A DNA stretch of 64,000 nt. It comes from Eledone cirrhosa (taxonomy: Eukaryota). The notes under the pieces were generated by a model. It made no database searches. It was given only the letters and a program-made list of their open reading frames with translations, and had not been told where the DNA came from. Position 1 is the first letter of the stretch. Each line of letters begins with the position of its first letter. Shown here piece by piece: positions 52,157 to 64,000 of this stretch. Location: the NCBI GenBank assembly GCA_964016885.1, contig OZ024742.1:275466001-275530000 (forward strand), written 5' to 3'. Both the position numbers and the translations under genes were made by a program.

Positions 52157-53005
52157 TCTGGAAGTTATCTATACCTATGGATAACTTCCAGAAATCCCTT
52201 GTCTGGCAGTGCTACCGGGGAGTTTTGCCGGTTAGCGATAAGCTCTGCAAGCAAAGAAGTGCCGTCAGCCGAGTATGTCCGAGATGCGCGCAGAGCGACG
52301 AAACCGTTGTGTACGCACTCGTTCAGTGCCCTAGCATTGCTGACTTGAGGAGCTATGTCGAACAGTTGCTGTCGCGTGTAGGACCGACCCGGTTATCGAT
52401 TGAGTCCATTGTGCAGATGGTCTCGTCGTCTTCCTTCGAGGAGGAAGGGCAGGCGGTTTTCATCTGCCTGGTGACCATGGCAAAAGAGATTGTATGGTAG
52501 ACAAGGTTGAAAGGGTTAAAGACAGACACTTTCCTCTTCGGCGAATCCCTGATTAACTTTTTCAAGTTTCACTTGAAGAGGAAAATCAGGGTGGAGAGGC
52601 TAGTGCTGCCTTCTAGCAAGTTTGTTGAAAGGTGGGTGAATTTAGCGAGAATGGTCCGAATGAACGGGACCGCTCTGAATATACGCTTGTAGTTTGAGGA
52701 ATGGGGAAAAATTGAGAGCGGGCGCTTGACCTGGTGGTCAGGGTGGCCGTGGTCTTTTGTGTGGTTTTCGCCACGAATAACCCTCGGAGGTTTCCCCCTA
52801 TTGGGGAATTTTTCATTGTTTCAATTTTTATTTTTATTGTTTATATATATATATATGTTTCTATGTCTTTTTCTTTTTTCTTTTCTTATATAAATAATAA
52901 AAATCTTTACACGCACAAAATCCACATCGTACCGTCCTGTACCGTCTTGTGCCGTCTGTAATGTTTTTCTTGATGTCAGCCCTTGTGGCCAATAAAGAAA
53001 TTATC
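52157..53005 (+). mobile_element. L1/Tx1-like LINE 3' fragment
   Basis: MDNFQKSLVWQCYRG, CPRCAQSDET; conserved 3' UTR; (ATT)n tail. Confidence 0.9.
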
Positions 53006-53607
53006 ATTATTATTATTATTTGACATCGTTTAAACTAAACCTTTTGAGAGAGTTTAGAGATACAACGACAATAATTAGTATGGTGTTGTTGTTAGCTGTT
53101 TGACCGGGTCACAAAATCAGTCTATTTATATCTTTTGGTGACTTCCTCGTTTCTAGTCATGTGTAGTGGTAGTACTACCTTTCCTCTCTTAACAAGATGT
53201 AGTGAGGGAATAGTGGTGGTAGCGATGATGGACTGGTGACGGGGTAGTAGTACTGTAGTGATGCTGTTGTTGCTGCTGTTAGTTTGTCTCTAGCTAAATT
53301 TTGTGGTGGTGGCGGCGGCGTTGGTGGTGTTGGTGGTGAAATTATTTGGCTGTTGTTTTCTTCCATTTGTGACCATTTGTAACCATTTTCTTTTTTTACT
53401 ATAAAATTCATGATACAAAATTAAATATTTGAGCCCTCTGCCATAGTGTTATGTGTTGTCACTTCCTGAGAGCTAAGACTAGTGTCTTATGTCCCATTTG
53501 TAATAAGAATTATTCTATCACAATTGTTTTAAATATGTAAAAAATTAAAAGGTTACGGGAACGATTTCATAACACTCTGTCCATCATGTGCGTATTCTTC
53601 CCTGGAT

Positions 53608-53783
53608 TGGAAGTATCGGTAGAGGGTCGGACGCCATGCTTTGACGCAAAGAGTGACGGCCCTTTCTATTCTAAGTTCAAATTCCGCCGAGGTTAACTTT
53701 GCCTTTCATCCTTATGGGGTCGATAAAATAAAGTACCAGTAATACACTGGGTAATTGCTGGCCTTGTGCCAAAAGTAGAAACA

Positions 53784-53786
<3 letters not shown>
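53608..53786 (+). mobile_element. SINE family 1 with (ATT)n tail
   Basis: Colinear with 63181-63366. Confidence 0.9.
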
Positions 53787-53839
<53 letters not shown>

Positions 53840-54048
53840 GGACGCACATGTATGAAGACGTACAAGCCTGCGGGGGAAAAGATTCGTAACTTTAAGCTGT
53901 TTTAAAGTATCATTTTTGTATTTTCTTGTCGTTAACGAAACATAAGGTACACACCTTGGTTTCACGGAAGGGAGATCTCTCAATATTCGGGCTATAAGCC
54001 CGAATATTCAGATTTATTTTTAAAAACTTTCCCCACCCCAAAAAAATT

Positions 54049-54352
54049 ATGGAAATTTTCGACCTTGAAACGGTAAACAACGTTCAGGTCAAAAGTTCAA
54101 AAGCAGCCACTGTAGATCTCACCACACCTACGACTACTACAGACATGTCTGTCGACCATTCCACTGAATGTCAAGGCAAAACTCAAAATCTACCATCACA
54201 ACCGCTCCCTTCTGTGTTAGGAGCAGTATCATCTGATAACGACATCACCACCACCACCACCACAACAACAACAACAACTCAGAACAACAAGCCAATAACA
54301 CCGACAGCTTCAATGTAAACACGGATGGCGGTGGCAACAGCAACAACAAACA

Positions 54353-54414
<62 letters not shown>

Positions 54415-56064
54415 GCAAGAATAACAACACCAACAACAAGAGCAAAAAGGCACCACCTTTGATGCAGCAGCAGCAAAAACAAAGCGCTTATTTAATATTG
54501 ATATTAGTGATAAAGACGAACAGTTGGCCCAGGCGTGGAAGTTAATTAAACGGGAGAAGTCCTGGGCAAACCTGACCATCCCGGACGAGGCAATAGCGGC
54601 CATGCAAGGGAGGACGGTGTACTTTTGATGTATTTCGGTGCAGACACGCAAAGTGGAACTTGCCAGCCAAGCAGAGGTTGAGGCTGTTTTGGAGTGCATC
54701 GGAAGTGACATCGAGTATAAAGCAAGGGCCAAACAGTTCGGTACCATCTCCGTACTGTTCAAAACCGAGTCCCTTGCTATTAAGCACTCGGTGACCCCCT
54801 GCAGAACGGAACGCATTATCATGCACCCGTCCTACATGGGTAAAAGGACAGTAAAGGTCCGCATTCCCAGCATCCCACCAGGAATGAACATATGGTGACT
54901 CCTGGGATGCGTAATAGAGGAAGTGACAGACACTACCCTCCTGGATATCAAAAGGACAGAGAGAGAAGGCTGGTCCGGAATGGATTTGGAGATTCTTCTC
55001 CAAATGAAACCAGGAGACATCAACAACATACCGGATTTTGCGCGCCTGCAGAACGGGACAACAATCCAACTAATCACTAAGGGAAGAAGGCCGCACTGCT
55101 TCGTCTGCAGGGAAGCAACGCATCTGCAAACCTTCTGCCCTCAGCGCAAAAATGCAAGTGGTCGCAAAGCTCCTTTGTTTCTAACCCCAGTGTCAGCACG
55201 GAAAGCTGCACCACCACCACCACCACCACCAAAAACAACACCAACAAAGACATGGACACCAACATCAAAAACAGCCGGACCACCACCAACACCGAAACCA
55301 ATCCAAGGGGAAAACGAGGAAAGCACTCCCACTCCCCCTACCCCCCAATTATACACATAGACAAAACAATAAACGCACACACAGACACAGAGACACTCAC
55401 AGCCAAAGACCCTTTGTCTTCCAGCAGCGAAGATGAAGGAAAACCCAAAAGTGCAAAAAAAAACAGAGAAAACTCACAAAAAAGCCCCCCCCCCCCCAAA
55501 AAAAAAAACACAAAACATACAGACACCACTAACGCAAACACTTCCCCAATAACATCAGCACCAACAGCAACATCGACACCACCCCCACAATCCCCGAAAC
55601 GCAAACAACCTAAACAAACACAAGTACAAATAAACACACAAATACCTGAAATTGCAGACAGCACACCTAAAACAAACACAGACATACCCGAAACAACACC
55701 ACCAAAACCATCACCACCACAGTCACCAAAACGAAAACAAATAAAACCACACCAACAAAATGTTAAAAACTTCGTGCTTGTCAGAAGAGCCAACGATAAA
55801 CCGATGGCCCTCTTAGCACGAAGCGAGGACATTCAAACAGAGGGGGAGACTTTTGAAATGAGCACATTTTACATGCCAGAAGATTTGCTTCTGGTCCGAA
55901 TGTCACTCGATTCCTTCAAAGAAATTTTAGAGAGCTTTCTTCAAGACGTGGGAACCCCGAATGTGAAACCCACATCGAGACTTTTAAAGGGGTTCCCAAA
56001 AGAAACCCCACCAACCATGGAGGTCGAACCACCCGACCTTCACAAGACCCCGGGAGGTAAGTAA
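54049..56064 (+). pseudogene. Tx1-like ORF1, disrupted
   Basis: CCHC knuckle CFVCREATHLQTFC; PSYMGKRTVKVRI parallels PSYCGQKIVRVKL of the other ORF1; (AAC)n and P/T-rich tracts. Confidence 0.8.
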
Positions 56065-56093
56065 ACCTTCCCTCTCTCTTTTAGCTTGCCAAC

Positions 56094-59000
56094 ATGGCCA
56101 TATTAAGAGTAGGAAGTTCAAATGTTCGCGGCCTGGGGTCACCCTGGAAGCAGGGTCGCCTGCTCAACGACCTCAGGTCGCTGGAAATGGATGTGATTGC
56201 CGTCAGCGAGACCAGAATTTTCGACACGCGTGCACTAGCCCCCATTTTCGACAACTATCAGATCTTCCCATCTGTTAGCAGGCCGGGATTGGGAGGTGGA
56301 GTGGCAGTGCTGTTTAGGAAAGAACTGGATCTTGAGGTAAGGTCGATCTTCCGGGACCTGGACGGTAAGTTGGTGGTCTTGGATGTGAGCAGTAGCGAAG
56401 GTGGTGCCTTTACACTGCTGGCCGTCTACGCCCCTACAGGGGCCGGACGACCGGACTTCTTTAGGCGCCTGGAGACCTTTCTGGGTACGTCTCACCCTTT
56501 ACTATTAGCGGGGGACTGGAATGGCATCTTAGATGCACGCTGGGATTGTGTGAGAGTAACCGATAGGAGCGGGGGGGGGTGCAAAAGCCTCAAGCACCTA
56601 CTCAGCCAGTTCCAACTGTCTGACAGGTATCGACTAGATTTCCCCAATGTGCCAGTGTGGGCATGGACCAACCGAATGGGATCATCTAGATCGTATATAG
56701 ACAGGATCTTCATTAGAAAAATAGATAGAAATAGTGTAGGCTGCCCACTTTTTAAAACGGTCGCCTATTCTGATCACAAATTTGTGATCTGTACGGTCGA
56801 CCTAGATAAAACGCGTAGGTTGGTACCGAGTTACTGGAAGCTGAACATGTCATTTCCGGCACGGGAAGCTTACAGGGAGGGAGTCAACAATTTAGTTAAT
56901 CAAAAGTTGACAGGGGGGATCATCAACAACAGATGGTGGGGGGCTCTCAAAAGAGAGGTTAGAGTAACTTCGATAGAGTTCAGCAAAGAACTAGCGTTAG
57001 AGAAAAATAGAAAGGAGGGGGAGCTGGTAGATAAGTTAGAAGAGGCTATTTGTAGTGGCATTGCAACTGACGTGTTAGCGGCGAGAATGGCATTAGACCT
57101 TCAATGCGAAACACGAAGGTTGCATTATCAGAGCTAAGGCGCGTGCGCTGAGAAACGAGGGAACCAAAGCTGTTCGATAGGCCCGCGTGGCGGCGGCGCA
57201 GCGTGGTAATAAAACCACAATTCGGTCTTTGGCGGACCGAGACGGACACGAGATAAGCGATCCCAAGCGGATGTGTGAGGCCTTTCGTCAGCACTTTGCT
57301 CGGTTGTTCGGGGAGAGTGGCGAGTCAGAGAGAGTAGCAGATTTCAGTCCCTACCTTGACGGCTTGCCGCGCATCTGGACGGTCGACGCTAAGCGCTGCG
57401 AAAGGCCGATTACTTCAGCCGAAATTCAGGACTCCCTTGTCGGCTGCATGAGGCGCAAGTCAACCGGTTTGGATGGCCTGCCCTACGAGCTTTACGTAAA
57501 TATGCCAGACTTGTTCTCCGATCTCCTCGAAGCACTCTACTGCAACTGGCTGCAGAATGGAAGTATTCCCAGTTCTGTGAGCAGGGGAGTGGTAACGCTG
57601 ATAAGGAAAGACGAAAACAAGAGGGATACATTAGATAACTTCAAGCCCATAACTCTGCTCAACACAGAGTTTAAGATTTTGGCCAAGGTGTTAGCAAAGA
57701 GATTGGCGCTTGTCGTCGAGAATTTGGTTGGGGAGGCGCAAACTTGCGCAATCCCAGCCAGGTCCATACACAGCAATCTACACCTCATGGGATACATCAT
57801 AGAGAGGATTGGGTGTAAACCTGGATTCGGTGGGGCACTGATCAATTTAGATCAATCGAAAGCATTCGATAGGGTCGACCATCGGTATCTGGAGTTTGTC
57901 CTCAAAGCAGCTTGCTTCGCCTCTGTCTTCAGAAGCTGTATCGCTGCAATGCACAGCGGCACACGCTCGGTGGTCAAGGTTAATGGCCACCTCTCGGAAC
58001 CATTTCGGCTCTCCCGATCCGTCCGTCAAAGGTTCCCTCTCTCTTCCTTTCTATACGTATTGACTCTCGAGCCTTTACAGCGGAAGCTGGAGCTGTTGCA
58101 GGGCATCCCGCTCGAACCGGGACGTGGAAAGGCGGTGTCGGCTGATGCGGACGACATCACCGTGATGGTGTCGAACACATCAGAAATCGAGGTGGTCGGC
58201 ACCTTATTGAAGGAATATGAAAGTTTGACAGGAGCCAAACTTAACCCGGAAAAGTCGGTGGGCTTGAAGCTCGGAACCTGGACAGGCAACCCCGTCCAAC
58301 AGCGTCGTGGGGCGCTGAACGGACGGACCGGTAAAGTTGCTCAGTGTTTGGTTCGGACCAGACCTCCAGGTGGAAAAGAATTGGGACGAGGTAACGAGCA
58401 GAGTAGCCAGTCTCACCCAAAAATGGGCTGGGAGGAAGCTATCACTAAAAGGTCGCGCGGAGGTGGCGAATGCGTACATCGCGTCCGTCATCTACTACCG
58501 CCTGACCGTCGTGTCTTGCCCCCGTCCGCGCCTCGTCAAGTTGGAACGGCTCCTCTTCAAATTCTTGTGGAGGGGACAAGTTCCGTTGGTGAGGCGGTCC
58601 ATCTGCTGCCAGCACCCTCTAGGCGGAGATTGGGCATGCCGTGGCTAATGATGCGCAGGCATGCATTGAGGCTGCGACATCTCCAGATATTCTGCCTAAA
58701 CGGTGAACAGGTGTGGTCGCCGTTTATCAGACGAGCCTTTCCGCAGCTCATTTCTTTGACTGAGCTGCCGTCCTGGGTCAAGAAGAGACCGAAACTGGGT
58801 GACTGGCACCTGAAATGTTGCCAGGCACTCACTGCCCTCTACCAAGCGGGCAATGCGATCAGTGGAACTTCCACTCTCAAGTTCTATAGAGGATTAGTGG
58901 TGGGCAAGTGCGATGACGCACTCGGAGAAGCTTTGGGCCTCGACGAAGTCGAACTGACCAGTCTGTACCGGAGGACTTTCGAGCCGGGGACGATGGACAA

Positions 59001-59505
59001 TTTCCAGAAATCCCTCGCTTGGCAGTGCTACCGGGGGGCACTGCCGGTTCGGGATAAACTCTACAGGCACGAAAGTGCTGTCAGACGGACCTGCCCAAGA
59101 TGCGCACAGAACGACTAAACCGTTCTGCACGCACTTGTCCAATGTCCGTGCATTACTGACTTGTGGAGTTGTCGAACAGCTACTGTCGCGTGTGGAACGA
59201 ATCCGGCTATCGGCCGAGTCTATAGTGAAGATCGACCCACCGCCTCCCTTAGTCAGGAAGAGCAGCAAATTTTCCTCTGTCTGGTGACAGTTGCGAAAGA
59301 GGTTATATGGTGGACCAGATTAAAAGGACTGAAGACAGACACTTTTCTCTTCGGCCAATCCCTCATCAACTTCTTCAAGTTTCACCTGGAAAGGAAGGTG
59401 AGGGCGGAGAGAAAAGTGCTTCCCCCCAGTACATTTGCTAAAAGGTGGATGAATGTGGCGAGAATGGCTCGTGTGAATGGGCCTACTCTGACCATGCGCC
59501 TATAG
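56094..59505 (+). pseudogene. Tx1-like ORF2 (EN, RT, zinc ribbon), disrupted
   Basis: Colinear with 18873-22292; YADD reads DADD; several frameshifts and stops. Confidence 0.92.
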
Positions 59506-59768
59506 GCTAGCTAACTTGAAGAGAGGGGTGCTCTCCCTGGGTGCCCTAGAAGCGCAGGGTGGTTCAGGATTGGTGGGGTACCCGAGTCACCCCAGGGTCG
59601 TCCACCCCTTTTGGGGAATTTATTTTGTTATATTTATGCATAGTTTATTTTATATTTTTATATCTTCATTGTTAAATTAGTCTTGCCATTGTGCACTGTT
59701 ACTCAACCTTATTGGAAACCCCAACTGTCCCTGTCTTTGTATTATCCCCTTGTGGCTAATAAATGAAA

Positions 59769-59818
<50 letters not shown>

Positions 59819-59819
59819 G

Positions 59820-60169
59820 TTCTTTGAGTCTCAGTCATTGATGTTATTTAACTGGAAAGTTTGTTGAAATGAATATCAAGCGACTACCTGCAGCCTCAGA
59901 TATTCAGGACGTATCAGATATTCAGGACGTTCTTGCTGTTCCCAGCAACCATGCCTTTTGAAGTGTTCCAAAAAGCGGGGCGGGACCAATTTTGTTTAAC
60001 CATCCTAGGAAACTCTTTGAGATAGTACCTAGTGCGCATATGACAATCGGGACCACTTTGACATCATGGCAGTTCAAAATCATTTTAACCTCCCACTTTA
60101 AGTCCTGGTATCGGTTAATTTTCTCCCTCTTCTTCTCTTGCACTCTCGTGTCGAATAATAATAATAATA

Positions 60170-60211
<42 letters not shown>

Positions 60212-62026
60212 GTTATTGTTATTCCTTGAATCTCAGTCATTGATGTTGGTTAACTGGAAAGTCCGTTGGATTGAATATCAAGCCACTACCTGCAGCCTCA
60301 GATATTCAGGACGTATCGGAGGGTTCTTGCCGTTCCAAGCAAGCATGCCTTTTGAAGCGTTCCAAAAAGCGTGAAGGGGCCGATTTTCTTTAACCATCCC
60401 TGGAAACCTTTGGAGATAGTCCCCAGTGCGCCTATGACAATCGGGATCACTTTGACTTCATGGCAGTTCCAAATCCTTTTCACCTCCCACTTTAGGTCCT
60501 GGTATCGGTTAATTTTCTCCCTCTCCTTCTCTTGCACTCTCGTGTCGAACGGGCAGGCCACATCCACAATCAGGCACGATCTTTTTTCTTTGTCCACAAC
60601 CACCAGGTCAGGTCTATTGTGTTCCAGTTTTTTGTCTATTATTATTATTATTATTATTATTAATATTATTATTATCTTGCACTCTCGTGTCGAATGTGCA
60701 GGCCACATCCACAATCAGGCACAATCTTTTTTCCTTGTTCAAAACCACCAGGTCAGGTCTATTGTGTTCCAGTTTCTTTTCCGTCTGTATCCTAAAATCC
60801 CATAGCACCTTCACCTGATCGTTTTCTATCACCGACTCTGGCTTATGCTCATACCACTTCTCAGAATGTGGTAAATTGTTTACTTTGCATAGGTGCCAGT
60901 GGATCACCCTGCCCATCACATCATGTCTCCAGCCTTTATAGTGAGTCTGGGCTAGGTGTTTACACTCGGATACAATATGAGCCACAGTCTCCTCTCTATC
61001 TCCACAGATCCTACACAGTGGGCTAGCCTCTTCATTGTAAATATGGTGTTTCAGCCACTTCGTTTTGAGGGCCTGCTCTTGCGCAGCCATTAGCATTCCT
61101 TCTGTAGCCTTTTTAAGGTCTCCTCTTTTCAACCAGTTCCATGTCTGTGGATCTCTAAATTCAGTTTTCTCAAAGAAGGCACTATGAAGGGATTTTTCAT
61201 GAAGGTTGCTCTTTCTCCTTGTTGTTATTTCCTCCTTGGACATCCCCTGGTCTATTGTCCTCTCCTTCAGTACAATTCTGAGCATTGGCTCAATACTATC
61301 AGTCACGTATTTGTGTAGGTTGTTTTTGTCCATCTGAACACAGTCCTCAATGCTGATAAGACCTCTTCCACCTTCAGATCTCCTTAAGTAGAGTCTATCG
61401 ACATCACTCCTCTTGTGGAACATGTTGTAGATAGTCAATAGCTTCCTAGTCTTCCTATCCATTTCTTTTTGTTCAACAAAATTCCATCTCAGAATTCCCG
61501 CACTGTACCTGATAATAGACACAGCTCGAGAATTTACTGCACTTATGTCATTCCTACTGTTCAGATGTGACTTTAATACGCTCCTTACTCTCCGAATGTA
61601 TTCAGATCTTATCAATTCTTTCATTTTTTTGTTCTTGATGTCATCAGCCTCCAGAACACCTAAATACTTGTATCCTTCTTCAGTATCAATTTCCTTTATC
61701 ATCTCACCTGTTGGTACGTGGATTCCGTTGCTTCTGCTCAATTTACCCCCTCTTCATCACAAGGACTCCACACTTACTAATACCAAATTGCATACATATA
61801 TCATTGCTGAAAATACGGACAGTGTCAACAAGCACATCCAACTCCTTCTCACTCTTCCCGAAGAGCTTAAGATCGTCCATGAAGAGGAGGTGATTGATGG
61901 TAAGCTCTCCCTTTCCCAACTTGTATCCTGCTCTCACTTTTCGCAGTACAATGGTCAGGGGGATCAGGGCAAGGACAAACAACAGAGAGGACAAACTATC
62001 TCCCTGGAAGATACTTCTCTTGATCT
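59820..62026 (-). mobile_element. R4/Dong-like LINE family A, 5'-truncated, interrupted at 60157-60674
   Basis: IFQGDSLS, HLLFMDDLKL, YKYLGV, AAQEQAL, CRICGDREETVAHIVSEC and NRPDLVV; two halves share a 21-bp duplication. Confidence 0.92.
60223..60637 (-). mobile_element. R4/Dong-like LINE family A 3' fragment nested in (TAA)n
   Basis: NRPDLVV..DVACPFD..RYQDL..GTARTLRYVLNI*; near-identical to 63413-63825. Confidence 0.92.
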
Positions 62027-62040
62027 TATTATTATTGATC

Positions 62041-62070
<30 letters not shown>

Positions 62071-62072
<2 letters not shown>

Positions 62073-63130
62073 GTTGCATTTATCTTGCTCTATGTTCATA
62101 CGAGTTATCACCAAGTCACAAGTGACCTCAAGAGACAACAAGGTCCGCCATGTTCAAGAAAGAACATACATACACACACATGCATCTTTAGGTGTTTAGA
62201 CTTGTAATGTACTTATATTGACAGAATCTTCCTTAGTATATGGGCAGTTCCCATTAGTACTATCTTTTGTATTTCTCCTGGGATTTGCGATAAGTAATAA
62301 TTAGACCCCTTAGGTATCATTCCTAGAGCGCCTACAACCACTGGTATTGTTTTAGTTCTCAATTTCCACATTTTTCCAATTTCTATCTCCAGGTCCTTAT
62401 ACTTGCTCAATTTTTCAAATGTTTTTATAGATACATTCTTGTCTATTGGAACGGACATATCAATTAGCAGGCATACCCTCTTTTTAAAGTCTTTCGGTAT
62501 TATATCAGGTTTATTTGCATATATTTTTCGGTCTGTTTGGATGCTAAAGTTCCACACGATTGAGATGTGATCTTTTTCAAGTACGGAAGGTGGTTGATGC
62601 TCCCACCAATTCTTTTGATGGGGCAGGTCAAAATGCTTATACATTATCCAATGTATGTATTGTGCAGCTCTGTCGTGCCTGTTTAGGTATTCGGTTGGAG
62701 CTATAGGACTGCACATTGAAATTATATGATCAATGGTCTCTGGTTGTTTTTTGCATACACGGTATAATGGCTGGCATCCATTTTTTATTATGTTGGCTTG
62801 GTAATTTTTTGTTGGCAGACACTGATCTTGTGCTGATATAATTAGTCCTTCAGTCTCCGATTTCAGTCCAGAGGATGCCAACCACTGATGGGTTAAAGTT
62901 TTGTCAACATCAGGATTGTTAGCTCTTTCTGGGTATTTTCCATACAGAGGCTTTTCTTGCCATTTCTTAGCCAGTTCCTGTAGCAGTTCTTTCTTTGCAG
63001 TTACTTTTACCTACTTTGCTTTTTCTGTGTTTTCCATCTCAACAGTAAATGGAACTTCTGAAATTTGTAGTCCATTACTGTATCTTTGTGCATCTTTTGT
63101 AATGGAGTATGATCTTTTGATGCTTTCGTG

Positions 63131-63133
<3 letters not shown>
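62071..63133 (-). mobile_element. R4/Dong-like LINE family B 3' fragment
   Basis: Near-identical to 25360-26430; (TAA)n at both ends. Confidence 0.93.
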
Positions 63134-63180
<47 letters not shown>

Positions 63181-63365
63181 GGGCGGTGGATTGGCAGTAT
63201 TGGTAGAGGGTCGGACGCCATGCTTTCCAGCATAGTTACGTCCCTTTACGATCTGAGTTCAAATCCCGCCGAGGTTGACTTTGCCTTTCATCCTTACGGG
63301 GTAGATAAAATAAAGTACCAGTAATGCACTGGGTAATTGCTGGCATTGTGCCTAAAGTAGAAACA

Positions 63366-63366
<1 letters not shown>
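63181..63366 (+). mobile_element. Full-length tRNA-derived SINE (family 1) with Deu/Nin-like core
   Basis: A box TGGCAGTATTGG (63192-63203), B box GAGTTCAAATCC (63255-63266), core GCCTTTCATCCTTACGGGG..GATAAAATAAAGTACCAG; (ATT)n both sides. Confidence 0.9.
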
Positions 63367-63412
<46 letters not shown>

Positions 63413-63414
<2 letters not shown>

Positions 63415-64000
63415 CTTGAATCTCAGTCATTGATGTTGGTTAACTGGAAAGTCCGTTGGAATGAATATCAAGCCACTACCTGCAGCCTCAGATATTAAGG
63501 ACGTATCGGAGGGTTCTTGCTGTTCCCAGCAAGCATGCCTTTTGAAGCGTTCCAAAAAGCGTGAAGGGGCCGATTTTCTTTAACCATCCCTGGAAATTTT
63601 TGGAGATAGTCCCCAGTGCGCCTATGACAATCGGGATCACTTTGACTTCATGGCAGTTCCAAATCCTTTTTACCTCCCACTTTAAGTCTTGGTATCGGTT
63701 AATTTTCTCCCTCTCCTTCTCTTGCACTCTCGTGTCGAATGGGCAGGCCACATCCACAATCAGACACGCTCTTTTTTCTTTGTCCACAACCACCAGGTCA
63801 GGTCTATTGTGTTCCAGTTTCTTGTCCGTCTGTATCCTAAAATCCCACAGCACCTTCACCTGATCGTTCTCCATCACCGCCTCTGGCCTATGCTCATACC
63901 ATTTCTCAGAATGTGGTAAATTGTTTACTTTGCACAGGTGCCAGTGGATCACCCTGCCCATCACATCATGTCTCCAGCCCTTATAGTGGGTCTGGGCTAG
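63413..64000 (-). mobile_element. R4/Dong-like LINE family A 3' end (continues beyond the window)
   Basis: Open RLE domain VLWDFRIQTD..NRPDLVV..GTARTLRYVLNI*; TAA tail. Confidence 0.93.

Larger units (their letters stand above)
53840..59770 (+). mobile_element. Full-length L1/Tx1-like LINE, second family, mutated, flanked by (ATT)n
   Basis: 5' UTR, ORF1 remnants, ORF2 remnants and 3' UTR ending AATAAATGAAATC(ATT)n. Confidence 0.93.

Noticed and set aside
51862-52500. Helicase-RT zinc ribbon fusion protein
   Set aside because: Chance in-frame junction between a truncated Helitron and a Tx1 3' fragment, both disrupted
63181-63270. Functional tRNA gene
   Set aside because: A and B boxes are present but there is no clear cloverleaf; continues into SINE core and tail, multi-copy

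Overview
Eukaryotic, AT-rich window made almost entirely of transposable elements; no confident host gene. The SINE families and repeat mix suggest an octopod cephalopod (inference). There are two microsatellite-centred zones. (1) (AAT)n/(ATT)n nests at about 1-29 kb and 52-64 kb hold R4/Dong-like RLE LINEs (TAA tail), L1/Tx1-like LINEs (ATT tail; one copy at 18.6-24.6 kb has an intact 1139-aa ORF2) and a tRNA-derived SINE whose 3' tail resembles the Tx1 tail. (2) A (TA)n zone at about 29.6-45.8 kb holds two Hydra-type Penelope-like elements (RT plus C-terminal GIY-YIG, inverted pseudo-LTRs) and several non-coding tandem or inverted repeats. About 12 minimal hammerhead-ribozyme motifs are readable by eye in this zone, including U3-A8 and G12A variants. 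RTE LINE fragments and a decayed Helitron (Rep/Pif1) are also present. The most notable observations are the retrozyme-like hammerhead arrays, a microsatellite apparently created de novo between 21-bp target-site duplications and then colonised, and the Tx1/SINE/R4 sharing of one microsatellite on opposite strands. All calls are from motif reading only; boundaries of degraded copies are approximate.
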